Origin: an uncultured Halieaceae bacterium
GTDB taxonomy: Bacteria; Pseudomonadota; Gammaproteobacteria; Pseudomonadales; Halieaceae
Length of the DNA: 64,000 nt
Assembly (NCBI GenBank): GCA_913031575.1
Contig: CAJWEV010000004.1
Span: forward strand, 15,310 to 79,309
Direction of reading: 5' to 3'
Shown: positions 58,279-64,000 of the stretch, one piece after another
Position numbering within the stretch: the stretch's first letter is position 1
Layout: the number at the start of each line of letters is the position of its first letter
Translations under genes and position numbers: made by a program
Notes under the pieces: generated by a model
The model's database searches: none
What the model was told of the DNA's origin: nothing
What the model saw: the letters and a program-made list of their open reading frames with translations, nothing else

Positions 58279-58695
58279 TTAAAAGATCACGGCATTCGCA
58301 GTTTCAATATTTAGCTGCCCCGCCAGCCCCGCCGACCGGTGCAGGGAGATCTCCTGATACTCAGGTAGCTGCATCATCTTCAACATGGCGGCCCGCGATG
58401 GGTACTGAGCGATAGCTACGGAATCCCAGAGTTCCTCAACCTCACCCAACATCAGTCGGCTGACCTCACCAGAAAACACGATCTTGCCGCCGACCTTGGC
58501 AAGGGTCTGCATTACGCCCCTCGAATAAATAGCGTAGGCCTCTGCGCCCGTCAGCTCAGTCTCACGGCCGTCTTCGTAACTCGCTTTACTCCTAAATTTC
58601 AGCAGGTTAACCATGCTGATGGGGCCGTCAGGACCAGGGGCTAAAAACCCTGCCATTTGCTCTTGCGTGGGTATCACACTGTTTTCAACTTTCAC
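58279..58695 (-). CDS. DUF1330 domain protein
   Basis: GPISMVNLLKF, GAEAYAIY, WDSVAIAQYPSRAAM, HRSAGL. Confidence 0.85.
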   Translation of the reverse strand: MKVENSVIPTQEQMAGFLAPGPDGPISMVNLLKFRSKASYEDGRETELTGAEAYAIYSRGVMQTLAKVGGKIVFSGEVSRLMLGEVEELWDSVAIAQYPSRAAMLKMMQLPEYQEISLHRSAGLAGQLNIETANAVIF

Positions 58696-58756
58696 TGTGT
58701 ATCTCCTTGAATTTCATAGTCTTTTACTCTGAGTTGAAGCAACCAGTCCGCAACGA

Positions 58757-60427
58757 TCAATTTGGCCAGTAAATGTAATCGTCGCCGTCCTCGAAAGGTT
58801 CTATCAATGTCTTGTCGATGGCAATCGCACTTTCCATGACGGCGGGATACAACGGAGTTCGCGCACTCGCAGCGTGCTCATCAAGTAGACCCCTCAACTC
58901 GGCGACCTTTTCAGGTTCACGCTCAGCAAGATTCTTTAGTTCGTTTGGGTCATCGGCGAGATTAAAGAGCCACTGTTTACTCGGCCTTGCTGTCACCTGA
59001 AGCTTCCAGTCTTTGTGACGCACCACTCGATAATGTCCGCTCTGCCAAAATAGGGTATCGCGACTCCAGGCCTCTTTATGGACTCCTGTCGCCAGAGGCA
59101 GCAGATTTTTACCATCGATGATCACATCCTCAGGCAGATCGGCACCGGCCGCCGCCGTTAGTGTTGGCATGACGTCAATATGCGCCACCGGCTCCTCCGC
59201 GACGGTGCCTGCTGCAATCTCCGCCGGCCACTTCATCATCAGGGGCACACGGATACCGCCCTCAAATTGACTGATCTTCCAGCCACGGAACGGCTTATTG
59301 ATATCGGGTAACCCAATGTACCCTGGACCACCATTATCGTTTGTAAAGATAACCAGCGTGTTGTCAGCAATGCCGGCTTCCTCCAACGCGGCATTGATGC
59401 GACCCACACTGCGATCGAGCGAACGGATCATGGCGGCGTACACGCGCGCGCGGTGAGGCTTGATGTCCCCTACTGCCTCGTAGTCCTCTTTTGTCGCCTG
59501 CAAGGGTGTATGCACACCCCAATGACCCAGATACAAAAAGAAGGGCCTGTTTTTATTGGCGTTGATGATGTTAATTGACTCATCCGTCCAGTAATCGGTT
59601 AGGTACCCTCGAGGTTCAAATCGATTTTGATCGCCCGAATTAAAGCTATTAGCGAATCCCAAACGAGCCCATAGAAACTGATCAATGGGGTCAAATTCGA
59701 GCTTTGCGTTAACAACGTTCGGATCGTCTTCTGGTAGGTAAAGCGCGCTCGCCATTAGCAAGCTCTGGTCAAACCCCTGCTCTTGAGGTGCCATGCCGTT
59801 TTTCCGCCCAAGATGCCACTTTCCAATATGGAAGGTGGCGTACCCTCTCTCCTTTAGCACCTCAGCGATCGTTACTTCCTCAGGTGGAAGACCCTGCTCT
59901 TCGTAAGGCGGCTTAGTTTCATCAAGTGCTGCGTCATAAATGATGGGCGGTATACCCCGATTCATCTGCGCGGAAATCCTGGAAATCATTGGCGCCATGC
60001 CGGACGGAGTTGGTGTGAACTCGAATCCGGTGCGCGTCGGGTAACGTCCCGTCATCAACATGGCACGCGAGGGCGCACAGGTGCCGGCGCCTGAGTAGGA
60101 CTGAGTAAAGACAACCCCGTCTGCTGCTAACTGATCGATGTGAGGCGTCTTGACTCGCCCATCAGCGGGGCCGCCACCAAAAGTAGAGATGTCGTTGTAA
60201 CCCAGATCATCAGCTACGATTAAAATAATGTTGGGTGGACGCTCGCTGATAGGAACAACTTCATATTCGGGCCCGTGGTTCCAAGGGATGTCGCGAGGAG
60301 GGCCTACCTCGTATTCGTTTGCCGACTGATACGTCACAAGCGCCAACAATAGCTTTGTTTGGTTTTGATAAGCGAGTGCGCCCGCGATAACCAAGGATCC
60401 AGCGACGACAAGTAAGTATTTTTTCAC
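58757..60427 (-). CDS. Cys-type (formylglycine) sulfatase with N-terminal signal/anchor
   Basis: PNIILIVADDLG, CAPSRAMLMTGRY, IGKWHLG, HTPLQ, DNGG, EGGIRVP. Confidence 0.95.
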   Translation of the reverse strand: MKKYLLVVAGSLVIAGALAYQNQTKLLLALVTYQSANEYEVGPPRDIPWNHGPEYEVVPISERPPNIILIVADDLGYNDISTFGGGPADGRVKTPHIDQLAADGVVFTQSYSGAGTCAPSRAMLMTGRYPTRTGFEFTPTPSGMAPMISRISAQMNRGIPPIIYDAALDETKPPYEEQGLPPEEVTIAEVLKERGYATFHIGKWHLGRKNGMAPQEQGFDQSLLMASALYLPEDDPNVVNAKLEFDPIDQFLWARLGFANSFNSGDQNRFEPRGYLTDYWTDESINIINANKNRPFFLYLGHWGVHTPLQATKEDYEAVGDIKPHRARVYAAMIRSLDRSVGRINAALEEAGIADNTLVIFTNDNGGPGYIGLPDINKPFRGWKISQFEGGIRVPLMMKWPAEIAAGTVAEEPVAHIDVMPTLTAAAGADLPEDVIIDGKNLLPLATGVHKEAWSRDTLFWQSGHYRVVRHKDWKLQVTARPSKQWLFNLADDPNELKNLAEREPEKVAELRGLLDEHAASARTPLYPAVMESAIAIDKTLIEPFEDGDDYIYWPN

Positions 60428-60483
60428 GCATCCCCCCCCAGTGCTGTGTCACAAACCACTGTCATCCGCAACGGCTCATTATT

Positions 60484-60502
60484 TAGTCATAGAATATGTC
60501 AA
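60484..60502. promoter_or_regulatory. Degenerate copy of the GST operator upstream of the sulfatase
   Basis: TAGTCAT-AGAAT-ATGTCAA compared with TTGACAT-ACTTA-ATGTCAA. Confidence 0.5.
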
Positions 60503-60560
60503 ATTATGTTTGGCCTACTAGTCTGAGATATAACAATATGTCTGCGAATGGAATGACGGA

Positions 60561-61172
60561 TCAATCGGAGCTTAAAAGACTAACAAGCGTTGACTGAATA
60601 ACCGAGATACTCGCTTTTTCAGACAAACCTTGCTCGCTTCGAAGTCGATTCCACATCTCAAACGAAGCGATGGCGTGTATCGACTCGCAAACAACCTCCG
60701 GTAGATCATTCAACTCAGGCAACCAGGCTTCTAGATCCTTTCTTAAACCTTTCTGATTGCGTGCGTAGTTGTTGCGTAACATCTGATATCGCCATAACTG
60801 CGCTTTGGTGCCCAACACCAGGTTTTTCAATTGCTCAAACGCAGCACTTCGCCGCTCTACCGCGCGGCCGACTCGCTCCCCTAGAGAACCCTGTCGATCG
60901 CCACCAATAAAGAGGGCCTCATAAGAGTCGCGCAGCTGATCATCGGCCGCCTTGAACAAGGTCTCCATGTCATCAAAGTGGCGGAAGAACGACCGTATTA
61001 GCACTCCAGCACGATCGGATATCTGCTGCGCAGTTGGCACAAGCACCCCGTCCTCCTGCAGCGAGAGTGCCGCTTCGATAATAGCCTGGCGTGTTCGCTC
61101 TCCACGTTGCCGTCGACCATCAACCGAAACTACTGCATTGCTGTCTGCCATTGAGCCCTCTGACTGAGGCAT
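60561..61172 (-). CDS. TetR/AcrR family transcriptional regulator
   Basis: DGRRQRGERTRQAIIEA...ISDRAGVLIRSFFRHFDDMETL HTH. Confidence 0.92.
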   Translation of the reverse strand: MPQSEGSMADSNAVVSVDGRRQRGERTRQAIIEAALSLQEDGVLVPTAQQISDRAGVLIRSFFRHFDDMETLFKAADDQLRDSYEALFIGGDRQGSLGERVGRAVERRSAAFEQLKNLVLGTKAQLWRYQMLRNNYARNQKGLRKDLEAWLPELNDLPEVVCESIHAIASFEMWNRLRSEQGLSEKASISVIQSTLVSLLSSD

Positions 61173-61425
61173 ACTTTACTTGAAGTGATGAGTGTACACC
61201 GACATGCTTGGCATGAGTACGACCACCTGAGTTCAGAGCACCGGTGCCCAAACATGGCAACCAGCTGCTTCAGGCGGCACGCCGATAGGGTAAAAACACA
61301 TGTTCGTCGCGGCCAGGGTAATGGTATTTGCTGCCGTGGAGCTGTTCGAAAATCCAGGTATTTTTACGGAAGCCAGAGCCGATTTTGACCTTCGACGCGG
61401 CACCAACTTCTAGTGCCACGCGCTC

Positions 61426-61992
61426 CTAAGAAATAGAGAGTCGCTGCTCGACCACCGCCGCTACCAGTCCGACGCCGTTATCTCCAGCGAGACGCAGCGA
61501 GTGTTTTAGTGATCGCTTAAGCGCTGAGGCCAACACACGTTGCTGATATGGAAGACTTTCCACATAGTCGGGTAATAACTCGTCAAAGCTTTGCGAGCGG
61601 GCGGCCTGCGCTTGGAATCCTTCAAGGAACTGGACCAGCGTATCTCTAACCGTCTGGCTGAGATCAGAATCAAACCGAAGCTTCCAAGTCATATCCTGGC
61701 TGAGCTCGCACTCAGCAACGTAATCACCGGGCAATCGTCTGCCCCACTCATCGGGCGAGATGAGCGACAACTGCCACTCACCTTCAGCACGATACAGGAA
61801 GTAAGTATTATCAGGCGCCACGCGAAACTTAAATGCTGCCGATAAGACAAGGCTTGAGCACCAGTAGTCCAGCAGCGCTTCATCTGCAGATTTTGGACGA
61901 ATCTCGACGGGTGCTGCAGCAGCCATCTGCTGAAGCACCATAACAAGTCCTTTACCCTGCGGATTGCCATGTGGATTTACCGTCTCGTTCAT
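61426..61992 (-). CDS. DUF2452-like protein
   Basis: NPQGKG, AAFKFRVAPDNTYFLY, LSLISPDEW, DMTW. Confidence 0.7.
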   Translation of the reverse strand: MNETVNPHGNPQGKGLVMVLQQMAAAAPVEIRPKSADEALLDYWCSSLVLSAAFKFRVAPDNTYFLYRAEGEWQLSLISPDEWGRRLPGDYVAECELSQDMTWKLRFDSDLSQTVRDTLVQFLEGFQAQAARSQSFDELLPDYVESLPYQQRVLASALKRSLKHSLRLAGDNGVGLVAAVVEQRLSIS

Positions 61993-61998
61993 GCGTTT

Positions 61999-62421
61999 CT
62001 ATAAATCAGCTAATTCTGGTTGTGCTGCAATAATCGCGTTCTTGACCTGCTGAGGGATAGGTCGGCTTTTTCGCGTATCCTTATCGACGAAGACATAGAC
62101 AAAACTGCCGCGAGTGACAATTTGATTGGTCGTCGTATTCAACATTTCAAACCCTAAAGTACAACTGGAGTTCCCTAGTCTAGTGAAACTGCAGGACACA
62201 TCCAAAATGTCCCACGCCAGGCACTCAGCGACAAAATCGATGTTGGCATTGGCAGTGAACGTTAGGAAGTCACCGTCAGGGCCGGCATCCCAGCCGACTT
62301 GCTCGAGGTACTCAGACACCACCTCATCTGCGAGTACGAGGTAGCTCCCGAAATAAGTGTGTCCATTGGCATCTGTATCGGCAAAACGAACTTTTATTTG
62401 TCCGGTGTAAGCAGCTTTCAC
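61999..62421 (-). CDS. Acyl-CoA thioesterase (4HBT/YbgC hot-dog fold)
   Basis: VRFADTDANGHTYFGSY, RLGNSS, KSRPIP. GTG start at 62421 with GGAGAGG RBS. Confidence 0.85.
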   Translation of the reverse strand: MKAAYTGQIKVRFADTDANGHTYFGSYLVLADEVVSEYLEQVGWDAGPDGDFLTFTANANIDFVAECLAWDILDVSCSFTRLGNSSCTLGFEMLNTTTNQIVTRGSFVYVFVDKDTRKSRPIPQQVKNAIIAAQPELADL

Positions 62422-62691
62422 AACTCTAGTTCCTCTCCTTGAGTGTCGATCGAGGCAAAGCCTCGATGGTGACGCAGTATGGGCGTTATTGTTTTCACTT
62501 ACCATGCTCGAGCATCGCTATAAATCCATCTACCTCGACTCAAATCATGAACACTCGTCCATACGTGCAGGCAATGACGCCAATTAAAGTGAAATTTCCA
62601 GCTTGATGCTGATCGCACTTACATCAGCTTGATAAAGGCCTTATCATTCCGGGCGGCCGAAGAGTCACAGCGTGTTACCCGGGGGAAATCA

Positions 62692-63129
62692 ATGAACACG
62701 AATGTCATCGTCGCAGTTTTCGCGATCGCTGTTACCGTCATTATCTGGTTCGGTACGACAAACAATGACAAGTCTTGGACTGGCAATCGCAATGTCTGTG
62801 TTGGCGAGTGCTATGACGCATGGAAGGCGGAAAATGGTGGAAGCATTGCCGATCTTGAGCGCGTAAAGCAGGAAGCGCTAGCCGCAGCTTCACCCGAAGC
62901 ACTCGGTGAGACTTATTACAGCCAGTGCATCGCCTGTCACGGCGGCAATGGTGAAGGCGGCATTGGGCCTATGCTTGCAGGCCAAGCCGTTAGTGATATT
63001 GCGGACAAGCTGACCGGATACCGTGCAGGCGAATCACGTGGTGCTCAATCAGCCATGATGTGGCCTGTTGCTAAACCAATGACTGATGACGACATCGGCA
63101 ACATCGCAGCCTACATCGGTACACTGTAA
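62692..63129 (+). CDS. Membrane-anchored monoheme c-type cytochrome (c553/c4-like)
   Basis: N-terminal TM; CIACH; GPMLAGQ; axial Met region SAMMWP. Confidence 0.9.
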   Translation: MNTNVIVAVFAIAVTVIIWFGTTNNDKSWTGNRNVCVGECYDAWKAENGGSIADLERVKQEALAAASPEALGETYYSQCIACHGGNGEGGIGPMLAGQAVSDIADKLTGYRAGESRGAQSAMMWPVAKPMTDDDIGNIAAYIGTL

Positions 63130-63137
63130 CGGTTCAT

Positions 63138-64000
63138 CTAGGAGGTAGCGCCTACCTCCTCTGTCTCTCTTTCGAACCATTGCCAGAGCGTCCCCGCCAG
63201 GGATAAGGGGATAATTAGGATCGCCGATGCTGCTGACAGCTGCGTGGCCAGCACAAAAAGTACGAGTGACTTCACAAGTTCTTGCACCCTAAACCATGCC
63301 GAGTCGTAATTGTTCAGTAAAGCCGCGTTCGCGACACCCAGCCACAGCATCATCCCCCACGCAAAGAGCTCATAGCCGCGGAGAAGTTGGCTGTTTTGTG
63401 CCGCCACCAACAGCAGCGTTATCAAGATCAAATTGAAGGTACCACTCATCTTTCGAGCTCGGGACACCTGTGGGTCGTACTTTTCAAACGGTTCACCCGT
63501 GATCGATTCCTTTTTCGCCAATAGATCTGAAGGCTGCCAAGATGGGTGCGAGAAAGGTACCCGCAAGCGGTCTGACCAACTGTGTGTCCGCCACATATCA
63601 CTGGCCATATCTCTGTAAACGTGAAGCCACGCCTCTAGAGGAGACCAAGATCGAAGGGGCTTGGTGATGCCATAGACGCAAGGCTCAGACGACAACTCGC
63701 ATTGATAGGAACCAAACAACCTATCCCAAACGATGAACACGCCGCCGTAATTACGGTCTAAGTAGCAAGTATTCCTCGCATGATGAACGCGGTGATTTGA
63801 TGGGGAAACAAATACGTATTCGAACCAACCAAGCTCGCCGACGTGCTCGGTGTGCACCCAGAACTGATAAATCAGATTGAGCGCACCCACCGTTACCATC
63901 ATTTCCGCTGGAACGCCTATGACGAACAAGGGCGTGTAAAAAATCCAACCAAAGAGGAACCCGGAGCTTGTCTGACGCAGCGCGGTTGATAAGTTGTAAT
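63138..64000 (-). CDS. 5'-truncated sterol desaturase family protein (alkylglycerol monooxygenase-like)
   Basis: Frame is open to the window edge (YNLSTALRQ...); YQFWVHTE, PSNHRVHH, NYGGVFIVWDRLFGS. Confidence 0.88.
   Translation of the reverse strand, partial: YNLSTALRQTSSGFLFGWIFYTPLFVIGVPAEMMVTVGALNLIYQFWVHTEHVGELGWFEYVFVSPSNHRVHHARNTCYLDRNYGGVFIVWDRLFGSYQCELSSEPCVYGITKPLRSWSPLEAWLHVYRDMASDMWRTHSWSDRLRVPFSHPSWQPSDLLAKKESITGEPFEKYDPQVSRARKMSGTFNLILITLLLVAAQNSQLLRGYELFAWGMMLWLGVANAALLNNYDSAWFRVQELVKSLVLFVLATQLSAASAILIIPLSLAGTLWQWFERETEEVGATS

Noticed and set aside
61173-61425. Possible riboswitch or small ORF upstream of TetR
   Set aside because: No recognisable aptamer motifs; the 67-aa ORF has no RBS or family signal. 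Only a hairpin near 61395-61422, which is probably a terminator.
1-64000. CRISPR arrays, IS elements, prophage, defence systems, rRNA
   Set aside because: No spaced repeats, transposase, integrase, phage, nuclease or rRNA signatures were seen by eye.

Overview
A 64-kb, densely coding bacterial chromosomal segment of moderate GC. The gene content (TonB receptor, DUF3604, RND pair, rubredoxin-reductase fusion, many secreted hydrolases and lipid-catabolic enzymes) resembles a marine heterotrophic gammaproteobacterium such as OM60/NOR5 (Halieaceae); that placement is inference. In order it carries: a conserved hypothetical gene plus DUF3726 and a heterotetrameric sarcosine-oxidase/N-methylglutamate-dehydrogenase-type operon; an Ldh_2 oxidoreductase; tRNA-Arg(ACG); a block of exported amidohydrolases and peptidases with an SSS transporter; YeiH; a rubredoxin-reductase fusion; thiolase and crotonase; an RND pair; an NCS1-hydantoinase-DUF917 operon behind a TonB receptor; a SpdH-like polyamine dehydrogenase; DUF3604; S9 and serine hydrolases; dinB; ald-lrp; and a haloalkane dehalogenase/ACAD/GST/DUF1330/sulfatase/TetR cluster. 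I saw no integrase, transposase, CRISPR array or rRNA. The best leads are (i) a candidate NtrC-IHF-sigma54 promoter driving the TonB receptor next to the hydantoin/thiohydantoin-type operon, (ii) a TGACA-N7-TGTCA palindrome shared by the GST, sulfatase and putative sulfate-exporter genes, and (iii) the mgd-type oxidase flanked by two atypical Ldh_2-like genes. All functional calls come from motif recognition by eye, with no database searches.
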